Notes under the pieces: model-generated
Told to the model about the DNA's origin: nothing
Databases searched by the model: none
Seen by the model: only the letters and a program-made list of their open reading frames with translations
Origin: an uncultured Acidobacteriota bacterium
GTDB lineage: Bacteria; Acidobacteriota; Polarisedimenticolia; J045
Assembly: GCA_963702425.1 (NCBI GenBank)
Contig: CAVPCQ010000020.1
Span: 32,001 to 96,000 of the forward strand
Length of the DNA: 64,000 nt
Direction: 5' to 3'
Translations under genes and position numbers: made by a program
Shown: positions 1 through 9,918 of the stretch, piece by piece
How positions within the stretch are numbered: the stretch's first letter is position 1
Layout of the letters: every line of letters starts with the position of its first letter

Positions 1-417
1 CATCCCCGACCCCGGGAGCTTGATGTCGACGATCCGGGCGATCGGCGGCGGGACGAGCCCGATGTCCTGGTCGCCGCCGGTCTCGATCACGACGTCCCAG
101 CCGTGACCATCGGCCAGGTGCCGCAGGAGCGGCACGACGGAGGGCTGCAGCAGCGGCTCGCCGCCGGTCGCGCACAACCGCGGCACGCCGTAGCCGAGCA
201 ACTCCTCGGCCAGCCCGTGCACGCCGCGCCAGGCCCCCTCGGTAAAGGCCCACGCGGTGTCGCACCAGCGGCAGCGCAGCGCGCACCCGGTCAGCCGCAG
301 GAAGACGGTCGGCAACCCGGCACGGCTCCCCTCGCCCTGGATCGAAAGGAAGACCTCAGCCACGCGCAGCCGGCGTGCTCGCGCGGTCTCCCAGGGCTCG
401 CCCGCCTCCCGCTTCAC
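1..417 (-). CDS. queE: 7-carboxy-7-deazaguanine synthase QueE (radical SAM), 3' part runs off window
   Basis: Manual translation of minus strand from GTG at 417 (overlaps nfo TGA): ...LRVAEVFLSIQGEGSRAGLPTVFLRLTGCALRCRWCDT..., containing the QueE 'SIQGEG' motif and CxxxCxxC. Not in the supplied ORF track because it is truncated. Confidence 0.9.
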   Translation of the reverse strand, partial: MKREAGEPWETARARRLRVAEVFLSIQGEGSRAGLPTVFLRLTGCALRCRWCDTAWAFTEGAWRGVHGLAEELLGYGVPRLCATGGEPLLQPSVVPLLRHLADGHGWDVVIETGGDQDIGLVPPPIARIVDIKLPGSGM

Positions 418-1355
418 CGGGCCGCCTTCTTCCGCGCCGCGCGCGCCGCGCGCCGCGCCTCGCTCCGCCAGCCGACGATCGTCGCCCGGTCCGGCACGTC
501 GTCGCGGCCGGCCAGGCGCCGCAGCACGGCCAGGTTCTGTTCGTCCTCGCAGCCGTCCTCGGTCTTCTCGGTCTCGAGCGAGGCCGGCAGCCCGTTCAGG
601 CGCGGGTCGTTCATGACCCGCACGAAGGCTCCCGCGCCGAGCAGGCCGAGACCGATGTGGTCGTGCCGGTCGACCCGCGCCCCGCAGGGCCGCTTCGAGT
701 CGTTGAGGTGCAGCGCACGCAGCCGCGGCAGGCCGAGCTCGCGCTCGAATTCGCCCCAGCTCCGCTCCCAGCCCTCGGCGGAGGCGAGGTCATAACCGGC
801 AGCGAAGGCGTGCTGCGTGTCGACGCAGACGCCGAGCCGCCCGGCTGCCGACGAGCGCGCCACGATTGCCCCGAGCTGTGCGAACCGGTGGCCGAGGGCC
901 GTCCCCTGGCCGGCGGTGTTCTCGAGCAGGACCGTCACGCCCGCCCCGTCGTCGCGCGCGAGCACGCGGTCGAGCGCCCGGGCGATCCGGTCGAGGCCGG
1001 CCTCCTCGCCGGCGCCCATGTGCGCCCCGGGGTGCATCACGAGCAGCTCGATCCCGAGCCGCCGGCAACGCGCCAGTTCCGCGCCGAGGGCGACGATCGA
1101 GCGCTCCCAGAGCGCGTCGTCGGGTGAGGCGCAGTTGATCAGGTAGGAGTCGTGCGACAGGACCGGCAGCGGGCCGGCCGCGGACCGCTTCTCGCGAAAC
1201 CGGTCGACGATGTCCTCCGTGAGCGGCTTCCCCATCCACTGATTGGCGGACGCGGTGAAGACCTGCAGGACTTCGCAGCCGGCGCGCACCGCACGGTCGA
1301 CGGCACGGTCGACACCGCCCGCGATCGACATGTGGGCCCCGAGTCTCGGCGGCAT
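414..1355 (-). CDS. nfo: Endonuclease IV (AP endonuclease family 2)
   Basis: MPPRLGAHMSIAGG, HDSYLIN, HPG, LLENTAGQG, CVDTQH, HLNDSK, DRHDHIG, ET motifs; start trimmed from ORF 414..1952. Confidence 0.93.
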   Translation of the reverse strand: MPPRLGAHMSIAGGVDRAVDRAVRAGCEVLQVFTASANQWMGKPLTEDIVDRFREKRSAAGPLPVLSHDSYLINCASPDDALWERSIVALGAELARCRRLGIELLVMHPGAHMGAGEEAGLDRIARALDRVLARDDGAGVTVLLENTAGQGTALGHRFAQLGAIVARSSAAGRLGVCVDTQHAFAAGYDLASAEGWERSWGEFERELGLPRLRALHLNDSKRPCGARVDRHDHIGLGLLGAGAFVRVMNDPRLNGLPASLETEKTEDGCEDEQNLAVLRRLAGRDDVPDRATIVGWRSEARRAARAARKKAAR

Positions 1356-1365
1356 CGCGCGCTCC

Positions 1366-2022
1366 TCAGCGCAGTTCGACGAGCGCTGCGTCGTACGCGG
1401 TCGCCCGCCGCAGCCAGGCCTCGACCAGCGCCAGCTCGCGATCGCCTCGCCCGCTCCCCGGCGGCACGTGCGCCGCAACCTGCTCCAGTTCGGCTGCGAC
1501 CAGAAACGGCCCGGTCGCGCCGAACGGCCCCCCGCGCCGCCGTGCGAGCGCGGTGACCGCCAGGCCGGTGCGGGCTCTCGGCGGGGCGGCGGCGGCCCGG
1601 CCGCTCCGCTCGACGAGCGCGGACAGCGCGGTTTCGAGGGCGACGAAGGGGAGCGCGACCCCTTCCGGCGCGGAGAGCACCGCGCGGTCCGCCAGCGTGG
1701 CGACGAAGCGCGCCGTGTGCGAGCGCGCGATCGCGCCCGGGCTCCCGCCGCACGCCAGCGGACACTCGCCCGCCACCGGGCAATCCGTCCCGGCAGAGCA
1801 GCGGTCCGGGTTGACGCCGACCTGCGGCTCGCGCGCCGCGCAGGACCGCGCGGGGAACGCCGCCAGCTCGCGCAGCGCCTCGCCGGCGTCGAGCTCCGCC
1901 TGCTCGGCGAGCCGGGCGACCCTGCGGCGCTGACCGCCGGAAACCGCCGCATCGAGCGCTTCGAGCAGCGCCTGCCACGGCGCCCCGGCGACCGGTAGCG
2001 TGACCGGGCTGCGCCGGCTCAC
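1366..2022 (-). CDS. Hypothetical protein with Cys cluster (possible Fe-S/metal binding)
   Basis: C-terminal part of ORF 1366..2496; GTG at 2022 overlaps mpl stop (GTGA); fills the gap between mpl and nfo; contains C-x13-C-x5-C-x5-C-x3-C (SCAAREPQVGVNPDRCSAGTDCPVAGECPLAC). Confidence 0.6.
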   Translation of the reverse strand: MSRRSPVTLPVAGAPWQALLEALDAAVSGGQRRRVARLAEQAELDAGEALRELAAFPARSCAAREPQVGVNPDRCSAGTDCPVAGECPLACGGSPGAIARSHTARFVATLADRAVLSAPEGVALPFVALETALSALVERSGRAAAAPPRARTGLAVTALARRRGGPFGATGPFLVAAELEQVAAHVPPGSGRGDRELALVEAWLRRATAYDAALVELR

Positions 2023-3452
2023 GCCGGACCCCGCGCCGCGACCACCTCCCCAAGGCGGTGGGCCAGTCCTCCAAACGCGCCGTTCGACATCACCACGGCG
2101 ACGTCTCCGGCCGCGAGCCCCTGCGCGATGCGGGCGAAGATCTCGTCCGGAGCGAGCGGTCCTGCCGCATCGCGCCCGCGCGCGCGCAGCTGCGCCACGA
2201 CCGCTGCGACGTCCAGGCGTTCGTCGTCGGGGAAGCGTTCGGGGCGGTCGACGGCGCCGAGGTAGATCGCGTCCGCCGCAGAGAGCGCATCGCCCAGGGC
2301 CCGTTCGAAGACCTTCCTCACCATCGTGTTCGAACGCGGTTCGAAGCAGGCGACCAGCCGCCCGCCGGCCGGAACACGCGCCCGAAGGGTCGCCAGGGTG
2401 TGCGCGATGGCGGTCGGATGGTGCGCGAAATCGTCGTAGGCAACAACGCCGCCCCCGCGCCCGGTCACTTCGAGCCTCCGCCGCGGCGGCACCCACGACG
2501 CCAGGTGGCGCGCTGCTTCCTCGATCGGCAGCCCCGCCGCTTCTGCGGCGAGCAGCGCCGCGAGCGCATTCCTCGCGTTGTGGGGACCGGGCAGCGCCAG
2601 CCGCACCTCGGCCAGCGCCCGGCCGTCGCGGGCGAGGACGAAGCGCTGGCCGTCGCCCCCTTCCGCGCGCTCGAGCGCCGCCAGGCCGGCGCTCTCGTCG
2701 AGTCCGAAGGTCGCCACCCGGCAGCGGGCCGCGGCGGCGAGTCGCCGCGCTACCGGATCGTCGTGCGGGACGGCGAGTAGGCCGGACTCGGGCACCATCC
2801 TGACGAAGAGCGCGAAAGCACGCTCGACCGCGGCGAGGTCGGCATAGATGTCGGCGTGATCGAACTCGACCGCCCCGATCACCGCCACCTGCGGCCAGTA
2901 ATGGAGGAACTTCGGCCCCTTGTCGAAGAAAGCGGTGTCGTACTCGTCCCCCTCCAGCACGAGGTCCTCACCTCCCCCGAGCCGCCCACCGTGCGGGAAG
3001 TTCCCAGGCCGGCCGCCGACCAGGAAGGACGGTTCGCGCCCGGCCGCGTGGTGAAGCCAGGCGAGCATGCTTGCGGTGGTGGTCTTGCCGTGCGTGCCGG
3101 CGACGACGCTGACGCGCCGGCCGGGCACGAGGAGCCGCTCGACGACCTCGGCCAGCGAGGCCAGGGGAAGTCGCTCGTCGAGCGCACGCTCGAGCTCCGG
3201 GTTCCCGCGCGAGACGGCGTTGCCGACCACGACCAGGTCCGGCACCGGATCGAGGTGCGCCGCCGCGTAGGGTGTCCGGACCTCGATCCCCGCCGCCGCG
3301 AGGACCTCCGAGGCGGGCGGGTAGACCGCCTGGTCCGAGCCCGAGACGCGCACCCCGCGCTCGGCCAGCAGCGTCGCGAGACCGGACATGGCGACCCCGC
3401 CGACGCCGATGAAGTGCGCCGCGAGCGGCCACTCCGCAGCCCACCGCCCCAT
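2019..3452 (-). CDS. mpl: UDP-N-acetylmuramate:L-alanyl-gamma-D-glutamyl-meso-DAP ligase (murein peptide ligase, MurC-like)
   Basis: HFIGVGGVAMSG, GNAVSRGNPE, AGTHGKTTT, EGDEYDTAFFDKGPKF, DDFAHHPT, FEPRSNT: Mpl-type signatures. Confidence 0.9.
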   Translation of the reverse strand: MGRWAAEWPLAAHFIGVGGVAMSGLATLLAERGVRVSGSDQAVYPPASEVLAAAGIEVRTPYAAAHLDPVPDLVVVGNAVSRGNPELERALDERLPLASLAEVVERLLVPGRRVSVVAGTHGKTTTASMLAWLHHAAGREPSFLVGGRPGNFPHGGRLGGGEDLVLEGDEYDTAFFDKGPKFLHYWPQVAVIGAVEFDHADIYADLAAVERAFALFVRMVPESGLLAVPHDDPVARRLAAAARCRVATFGLDESAGLAALERAEGGDGQRFVLARDGRALAEVRLALPGPHNARNALAALLAAEAAGLPIEEAARHLASWVPPRRRLEVTGRGGGVVAYDDFAHHPTAIAHTLATLRARVPAGGRLVACFEPRSNTMVRKVFERALGDALSAADAIYLGAVDRPERFPDDERLDVAAVVAQLRARGRDAAGPLAPDEIFARIAQGLAAGDVAVVMSNGAFGGLAHRLGEVVAARGPA

Positions 3453-3547
3453 CCTTCCGCCTCCGTCCCGCAGCGAGCGGGAAGCACTGATTATGACCCG
3501 GACGGGATAAGATCGAGGGGCGCGGTCCCCGCGCGGAAGGTGCGCCC

Positions 3548-4321
3548 ATGGTCTCGTCCGCCACGCCGCCCGTCGTCGTCCTACTGACGCTCGTCCTGCT
3601 GCTGCTCGTCGCCTGCGGCCCGCGGAATGCCTCGTCCGACGCCACGGGCGGAGGCGCGAGCCGGCCGGGCGCGGCCGCTTCCGCCGCACGCGCCGAGGAG
3701 CGTGCGGCGATGGTCTCGCGCCAGCTCGCGGAACGCGACATCACGGACCCGCGCGTGCTGGCCGCGATGCGGGCGATCCCGCGCCACGAGTTCGTCCCGC
3801 CCGAGATCGCCGACGCGGCCTACCAGGACTCTCCGCTCCCGATCGGGCTCGGTCAGACGATCAGCCAGCCCTACATCGTGGCGCTGATGACCCAGCTCGG
3901 GCAGGCCGGCCCGGAGACCAGGGCGCTCGACGTCGGCACCGGCTCGGGCTACCAGGCCGCGGTCCTGGCCGAGGTCGCGGGCCGGGTCTACTCGATCGAG
4001 ATCCTGTGCGAGCTGGCCCGCGAGGCCGAAGCCCGCCTGGCGCGCCTCGGCTACCGGAACGTCGAGGTCCGCTGCGGCGACGGCTATCGCGGCTGGCCGG
4101 AAGCGGCCCCCTTCGACGTCATCATCGTCGCGGCGGCGCCGGAGGAGATTCCCCAGCCGCTGATCGATCAGCTCGCGCCCGGCGGCCGGCTCGTGATCCC
4201 GGTCGGGGAGGGCCACCAGGAGCTGATCGTGGTCGAACGCGCCCCGGACGGGACGATCTCCCGGTATTCGGCCGGCGGGGTGCGCTTCGTGCCGATGACG
4301 GGAGAAGCCCGGAAACGGTAA
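3548..4321 (+). CDS. pcm: Protein-L-isoaspartate O-methyltransferase with N-terminal lipoprotein-like signal
   Basis: GQTISQPYIVA, LDVGTGSGYQAA, GDGYRGWPEAAPFD, QLAPGGRLVIPVG, VRFVPM; N-terminal hydrophobic stretch ending LVAC. Confidence 0.93.
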   Translation: MVSSATPPVVVLLTLVLLLLVACGPRNASSDATGGGASRPGAAASAARAEERAAMVSRQLAERDITDPRVLAAMRAIPRHEFVPPEIADAAYQDSPLPIGLGQTISQPYIVALMTQLGQAGPETRALDVGTGSGYQAAVLAEVAGRVYSIEILCELAREAEARLARLGYRNVEVRCGDGYRGWPEAAPFDVIIVAAAPEEIPQPLIDQLAPGGRLVIPVGEGHQELIVVERAPDGTISRYSAGGVRFVPMTGEARKR

Positions 4322-4389
4322 TCGCGAGCGGCCTGCGCTAGACTTCCGTCCTTTCGCGGCCGGAAGGTCGCGCCCAGGAGCCTCCCGCC

Positions 4390-5868
4390 GTGGCCAAGGA
4401 AATCACCGCCCGGGCGACCGACTACGCCCGCTGGTACACCGACGTCGTCCTCAAGAGCCAGCTTGCCGACTACAGCCCGGTCAAGGGCTGCATGGTCATC
4501 CGTCCCAACGGCTACGCGCTGTGGGAGAACATCCAGAGGACCCTCGACGGGATGTTCAAGGAGACCGGGCACGTCAACGCCTACTTCCCGCTCTTCATCC
4601 CGAAGTCGTTCCTGGCCAAGGAGGCCGAGCACATCGAGGGGTTCGCGAAGGAGTGCGCGATCGTCACGCACACCCGGCTGAAGGCCACCGGCGAGCCCGG
4701 TCACATGGCGGTGGTACCCGACCCCGAGAGCGCGCTGGAGGAGGAGCTGATCATCCGCCCGACCTCCGAGACGATCATCTACTCGATGTTCGCCAAGTGG
4801 ATCCAGTCGTGGCGCGACCTGCCGCTGTTGATCAACCAGTGGGCGAACATCGTGCGCTGGGAGATGCGCACCCGGCTCTTCCTGCGCACGACCGAGTTCC
4901 TCTGGCAGGAGGGCCACACCGCCCATGCGACTCACGAGGAGGCCGAGGAGGAGGTGCTCCGGATCCTCGAGATCTACCGGCGGTTCGCCGAGGAGTACCT
5001 GGCGCTGCCGGTTCTCACCGGGGTGAAGACCGAGAAGGAGAAGTTCGCCGGGGCGCTCCGGACCTGCGCGATCGAAGCCCTCATGCAGGACGGACGGGCG
5101 CTCCAGGCCGGCACTTCCCATGACCTCGGCCAGAACTTCGCGCGCGCCTTCGACGTCCGCTACCAGACCGCCGGCGGCGGGTGGGAGCACGTCTGGAACA
5201 CCTCCTGGGGCGTCTCGACCCGCCTGATCGGCGCGGTCGTGATGGCCCACGGGGACGACGACGGCCTCGTCCTCCCGCCCCGGATCGCTCCCCTGCAGGC
5301 GGTGATCGTTCCGATCTGGCGCAACGACGACCAGCAGCGCGAGACCATCGCGGCCGCGCGCGAGATCGAGGCCCAGCTGCGGCGGGCCGGCGTCTCGACC
5401 CGGGTCGACGACCGGGACACGGTCAATCCGGGCTTCAAGTACGCGGAGTGGGAGCTCCGGGGGGTTCCGCTGCGGCTCGAGCTGGGGCCGCGGGACGTGG
5501 CCGCGCGGTCGGTGATGGCCGTCTCCCGGGTCGACCGCGCGAAGTCCGCCCTCCCCTGGGACGGCCTCGGCGAGAGCGTTCCGGCGCTCCTGGCCTCGAT
5601 CCAGTCGGCTCTCTTCGCACGAGCCCGGCAGCGGCGCGACGAAACGACTCAATCCGTCGATACCTGGGATGCGTTCGTCGCCGGCGTCGAGACCGGAGGC
5701 TTCCTCCAGGCCCGGCACTGCGGGAGCACGGAGTGCGAGGTGGCGATCCAGGACGAAACGAAGGCGACGGTCCGCGTCATCCCCTTCGACCGGTCCCCGG
5801 ACCCCGGCCCGTGCGTTCGCTGTGGCGCCCCGGCGGGCGGCCGGATGGTCTTCGCACGGGCGTACTGA
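4390..5868 (+). CDS. proS: Proline--tRNA ligase (eukaryote/archaea-like type, no editing insertion)
   Basis: [54 protein letters not shown]-terminal ARAY; GGAG RBS before GTG. Confidence 0.97.
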   Translation: MAKEITARATDYARWYTDVVLKSQLADYSPVKGCMVIRPNGYALWENIQRTLDGMFKETGHVNAYFPLFIPKSFLAKEAEHIEGFAKECAIVTHTRLKATGEPGHMAVVPDPESALEEELIIRPTSETIIYSMFAKWIQSWRDLPLLINQWANIVRWEMRTRLFLRTTEFLWQEGHTAHATHEEAEEEVLRILEIYRRFAEEYLALPVLTGVKTEKEKFAGALRTCAIEALMQDGRALQAGTSHDLGQNFARAFDVRYQTAGGGWEHVWNTSWGVSTRLIGAVVMAHGDDDGLVLPPRIAPLQAVIVPIWRNDDQQRETIAAAREIEAQLRRAGVSTRVDDRDTVNPGFKYAEWELRGVPLRLELGPRDVAARSVMAVSRVDRAKSALPWDGLGESVPALLASIQSALFARARQRRDETTQSVDTWDAFVAGVETGGFLQARHCGSTECEVAIQDETKATVRVIPFDRSPDPGPCVRCGAPAGGRMVFARAY

Positions 5869-6052
5869 GTCGTCGTCGGATCTTACTTTTCGGTAAGCCC
5901 GCTCGCTTGCCAAGCCGGGGATCCTCCCGTACAAGAGAGGGGTCCGGCCCCGGGGAGGGGCCGCGGGGCTCACCGATGGTGGTCCCGTACGATGCGTCCC
6001 CCACCCCTTGGGGTGGACCGACGGGGACGCCGGCCGGAAAGAGGGTGACTGC

Positions 6053-7501
6053 GTGTTCTGCTGGAAGCGTACGAGGCGTCTATCTGCCCTGACCGTGCTC
6101 GCGTGCGGCCTCGTGCTGGGGACGTTCTACGCGCTCCTTGCCGATGAGCCCCTCCGCCCCTCGACGCTCGTTCATCGAGCCCCGGTCGATCACGACCTCG
6201 CGGCGATCGCCGAGGCGGGCGTGCTCCGGGTCGCGATCCCGGCCGACGACGTGGCCTATTCGAAGCACGGCAGCCGGGAAGACGGGATGGCCTTCGAGCT
6301 GGCCGGCCGGATCGCCCGGCGGCTCGGCGTGCGGCTCGAGGTCTACACGGTCTCCCAGCCTGGCACAGGACTGCGCGACCTCGCCCGCGGCAAGGCCGAC
6401 CTCCTGGCGCTGATCGACCCGGGGCCGACCCCGATTCACGACCAGGCGGCCTGGTGCGCGCCGATCGAACAGGCGCGCGTGGTGGTGGCGGGCCGCGACG
6501 CGGGCGGCATCCGATCCATCGAGGACCTCCGCGGGCGAGAGATCGCGGTCCGCCGCGATACCCGGCTCGAGGAGGCGGCCCGCGGCTGGGCGGCGGCCGG
6601 CTTGGCGCTCGAGATCCGGCCTCTGCCACAGCGGCTCTCCGACGAAGACCTCGCCGCGGCGGCGGCCGAGGGGCGCTATCCCCTGGTCGTGATGGACGAG
6701 CGGCGGGCACGCCTCGAGCGCGCGCTCTTCGACGACCTCGAGGTCAGCGCGCCGCTCGGCGACCCGATCCCGGTGCGCTGGGCGACCCGTCCCAATGCAC
6801 CCCACCTGGCGCAGACCGTCTCACGCCTGATCGACACGGCGCGGGAGGTCGGCCTGCTCGCCGAGCTCCAGCGGCAATACTTGGAGAATCCCCGGCGGCT
6901 GCGCCAGTCGCGCCACTTCGAGGCCTGGCACGGCGACGGCACGATCTCCCCCTGGGACGGACTCCTGCAACAGGCGGCGCTCAAGCACGGTTTCGACTGG
7001 CGGCTCCTGGCGGCGCTCGTGGCCACGGAGAGCGGATTCGACCCCACCTCGGTCGGGCCCGGCGGATCGCTCGGCCTGATGCAGCTGATGCCGGCCACCG
7101 CCCGGGCCTTCGGAGCCGACGACCCGCTCGACCCGCAGCAGAACGTGCTCGCCGGGGCGCGACACCTGCGCTGGCTCTGGGAGTTGTTCCCGGGGGTCGC
7201 GGAACGCGACCGGCTGGCGTTCACCCTCGCGGCCTACAACATGGGGCTCGGTCACCTGGAGGACGTGCGCGCGCTGGCGGCGTCGCAGGGGCTCGATCCG
7301 GACCGCTGGGAGGGCCACGTCGCGGCGGTTCTCCCGCTCAAGGAGGACCGCGGCGTGGCGGCGCATCTCCCCCACGGCTTCGCGCGCGGGACGCTCACGC
7401 TGAACTACGTCGACCGCGTGCTCGACAAGTACGGGCAGTTCAGTGTCGCCAGCCGGCAACCGGCGGTTCGCAAGATCGCCGCCGCGCGTCTCGCCTCCTA
7501 G
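6053..7501 (+). CDS. mltF: MltF-like membrane-bound lytic transglycosylase (substrate-binding domain + SLT domain)
   Basis: N-terminal TM, PBP-like domain (GVLRVAI, GMAFELA), SLT motifs DWRLLAALVATESGF, GLMQLMP, AAYNMGLGH; start uncertain (6008 or 6053). Confidence 0.8.
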   Translation: MFCWKRTRRLSALTVLACGLVLGTFYALLADEPLRPSTLVHRAPVDHDLAAIAEAGVLRVAIPADDVAYSKHGSREDGMAFELAGRIARRLGVRLEVYTVSQPGTGLRDLARGKADLLALIDPGPTPIHDQAAWCAPIEQARVVVAGRDAGGIRSIEDLRGREIAVRRDTRLEEAARGWAAAGLALEIRPLPQRLSDEDLAAAAAEGRYPLVVMDERRARLERALFDDLEVSAPLGDPIPVRWATRPNAPHLAQTVSRLIDTAREVGLLAELQRQYLENPRRLRQSRHFEAWHGDGTISPWDGLLQQAALKHGFDWRLLAALVATESGFDPTSVGPGGSLGLMQLMPATARAFGADDPLDPQQNVLAGARHLRWLWELFPGVAERDRLAFTLAAYNMGLGHLEDVRALAASQGLDPDRWEGHVAAVLPLKEDRGVAAHLPHGFARGTLTLNYVDRVLDKYGQFSVASRQPAVRKIAAARLAS

Positions 7502-7504
7502 GCC

Positions 7505-8494
7505 TCAGGGGTTCCCTTCGACCCCGACCGCCGTCCCCTTCTTCGGGATCCGGATCAGGTAACGGCCGTGCGGCAGCACGGCCGCCTTGAGCTGCGGGTT
7601 GGCGGTGCGGAGCGCGGCGTACCCGATGCCGTGCCGGGCCGCGACCTCGCGCAGCGCGATCGTCCCGGCCTTCTGCTCGACGACGGCGCGGGTGAACTCG
7701 GGGACGAACAGCGGCGTCATCCGCACGAGGCCGTAGGCCTCGGGGTCCTGGATCACCAGCTTCGCCGCCAGGGCGCGATAGACGTAGCGCCGGGTCTCGT
7801 ACGGCAGGTAGAGGTCGAAGTAGGGGGCCTTGGCGCCGTTGTCCTTGATCGCGTTGCGGACCGTGTTCTCACCCGAGTTGTAGGCCGCCATCGCCAGGAA
7901 CCAGTCCCCGAACTCCGCCTTGAGGGCCGAGAGGTAGCGCAGCGCCGCGTCGGTCGAGCGCTCCGGGTCGAGCCGCTCGTCGAGGACCTTGTCGACCACC
8001 AGGCCGTAGCGTGTCGCGGTCCCGGCGATGAACTGCCACAGGCCGAGCGCGCCCGCCGGCGAGCGCGTCGTCCAGCGCAGGTCCGACTCGATCATGGCGA
8101 CGTACTTGAGGTCGTCGGGGAGGTTGGCCGCCCGCAACCGTTCCTCGATCATCGGCAGCACCGTGGGGGCACGCCGCGTCCAGAGCATCGGCATCGTCGG
8201 ACGGCCGACGGTGAGGATCAGCTCGTACGCCAGCGCTTCCCGGACTTCCGGCCGGTCGAGCGGGACCGGTTGGCCGCATAAGGTGGCTTGCTCGGGGACC
8301 GGCAGATCCGCCAGGACCCGGGCCGGCAGGGTGCGCAGCGCCGCGCTGTCGAGACCGGCCGGAACGATGCCGGCCGGCACCGGGGCGGCCGGCGTCGCCG
8401 CGCTCGAACTTGCGGCGAGCCAGGCCCCGGCCGCGCCGGCCACGACGATCCCGCCGAGCACGGCGAAGGGAACGAAGAACCTGCTGGAAGCCAC
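7505..8494 (-). CDS. MltD-like lytic transglycosylase (SLT domain, C-terminal LysM-like)
   Basis: IESD..SPAGALGLWQFIAGTA, DERLDPERST, LAMAAYNSGE, LPYETRRYV; N-terminal signal/TM; start trimmed from ORF 7505..9814. Confidence 0.85.
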   Translation of the reverse strand: MASSRFFVPFAVLGGIVVAGAAGAWLAASSSAATPAAPVPAGIVPAGLDSAALRTLPARVLADLPVPEQATLCGQPVPLDRPEVREALAYELILTVGRPTMPMLWTRRAPTVLPMIEERLRAANLPDDLKYVAMIESDLRWTTRSPAGALGLWQFIAGTATRYGLVVDKVLDERLDPERSTDAALRYLSALKAEFGDWFLAMAAYNSGENTVRNAIKDNGAKAPYFDLYLPYETRRYVYRALAAKLVIQDPEAYGLVRMTPLFVPEFTRAVVEQKAGTIALREVAARHGIGYAALRTANPQLKAAVLPHGRYLIRIPKKGTAVGVEGNP

Positions 8495-8553
8495 GCGACC
8501 CTCCGTGGCGCGCACCGGGGCGGCGCCTGCCGACGAGTATAGGGATCGGCTCC

Positions 8554-9918
8554 TCAGGGCGCCGTGGAGGATGTCTTGCCCTTCGGGGCGTCGGTCGTGC
8601 GGAGCACGCCGTCGAGAATCGAGAGCGCCTCGTCGATCGCGGCGGCCTCGATGTTGAGCGCCGGCCGGAAGCGCAGCGAGCGCTGTCCGCAGGGGAGGAT
8701 GAGCAGGCCGGCCGCGTGGCAGTCGCGGATCACGCGGTCGCGCGTCGCTCCGTCCGGGAAGCTGATCGCGCCCATCAGGCCGCGGGCGCGGACGTTCCCG
8801 ACCAGTTCCGGATAGCGCGTCCCGAGGGTCTCCAGCCCGCAGAGGAGCCGCGCCCCTTCCCGGGCCGCGTTCTGGACCAGCCGCTCCCGCTCGATGACCT
8901 CGAGGATCACGGTCGCACGGAACATGTCGACGAGGTGGCCGCCCCAGGTGCTGTTGATGCGGGAGGAGACGTGGAAGACGTTGTCCGGCTCTTCCTCGAG
9001 GCGCGGCCCGGCCATCATCCCGCCGATCTGCATCTTCTTGGCGAAGGTGACGATGTCGGGCACGGCGTCGAGCTGTTCGAAGGCCCAGAACGTCCCGGTC
9101 AACCCGACGCCGGTCTGGACCTCGTCGAAGATCAGGAGCGCGTCGAACTCGTCGGCCAGGTCGCGCAGGCCGCGCAGGAAGCTCGGCCGGAAGTGGCGGT
9201 CGCCGCCCTCGGCTTGGATCGGCTCGACGATGATCGCCGCCACGTCGTCGCGGCGTTCCTCGAAGGCGTGTCGGGCGCGCGCCAGGGCGTCGGCCTCGGC
9301 CAGGTCGAGCCGCTCCGCCTCGCGCGCGTCGAGCGGAAAGTGAATCGCCGGCGACGGGATGCGCGGCCAGTCGAACTTCGGGAAGTACATCGTCTTGCGC
9401 GGGTCGGCGGTGTTGGTCAGGGAGAGGGTGTATCCCGTCCGGCCGTGGAAGGCCCACTCGAGGTGGAGGACCTGGTGGCCGCGTTCGGCGGTGTGCCCCT
9501 TGCGGAAGTTCCGGCGGACCTTCCAGTCGAACGCCGTCTTCAGCGCGTTCTCGACCGCCAGCGCGCCGCCGTCCACGAAGAAGAACCAGCGCATCGCCTC
9601 GTGTCGCGCGACGCGGTCCACCGCGTCCACGAACTCGGCGTAGGTCTCGGTGTAGACGTCGGAGTTGCTCGGCTTGTTGACTGCCACGCGCGCCAGCTGC
9701 TCGAGCGTCCCGCGTTCGGTCAGCGCGGGGTGGTTCATCCCGAGCGGATTGCTGGCGAAGAAGGTGAAGAAATCCAGCAGCTCGCGTCCGTCGCGCGCGT
9801 CGACCAGGCGGCACCCGTGGGAGCGTTCGAGGTCGAGGACGAGGTCGAGCCCATCGACCTGCATGCGGCGGCGAAGCGTGTCGATGACGCCGGACGGGGC
9901 GACGCGTGTGGAGCTCAT
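8554..9918 (-). CDS. lat: L-lysine 6-transaminase (class III PLP aminotransferase)
   Basis: LDFFTFFASNPLGMNHP, KPSNSDVY, GALAVENALKTAFDWK, EPIQAEGGD, FDEVQTG, FAKK, SSRINSTWGG: characteristic of Lat. Confidence 0.92.
   Translation of the reverse strand: MSSTRVAPSGVIDTLRRRMQVDGLDLVLDLERSHGCRLVDARDGRELLDFFTFFASNPLGMNHPALTERGTLEQLARVAVNKPSNSDVYTETYAEFVDAVDRVARHEAMRWFFFVDGGALAVENALKTAFDWKVRRNFRKGHTAERGHQVLHLEWAFHGRTGYTLSLTNTADPRKTMYFPKFDWPRIPSPAIHFPLDAREAERLDLAEADALARARHAFEERRDDVAAIIVEPIQAEGGDRHFRPSFLRGLRDLADEFDALLIFDEVQTGVGLTGTFWAFEQLDAVPDIVTFAKKMQIGGMMAGPRLEEEPDNVFHVSSRINSTWGGHLVDMFRATVILEVIERERLVQNAAREGARLLCGLETLGTRYPELVGNVRARGLMGAISFPDGATRDRVIRDCHAAGLLILPCGQRSLRFRPALNIEAAAIDEALSILDGVLRTTDAPKGKTSSTAP

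Noticed and set aside
1-417. queE as part of a 7-deazaguanine DNA-modification (dpd) system
   Set aside because: No dpdA/tgt-like or other dpd genes in view; ordinary queuosine synthesis is the simpler reading, though downstream genes are outside the window.
5940-6050. c-di-AMP (ydaO) riboswitch upstream of the transglycosylase
   Set aside because: Only a TTGGGGTG fragment resembles it; the other conserved elements were not found.
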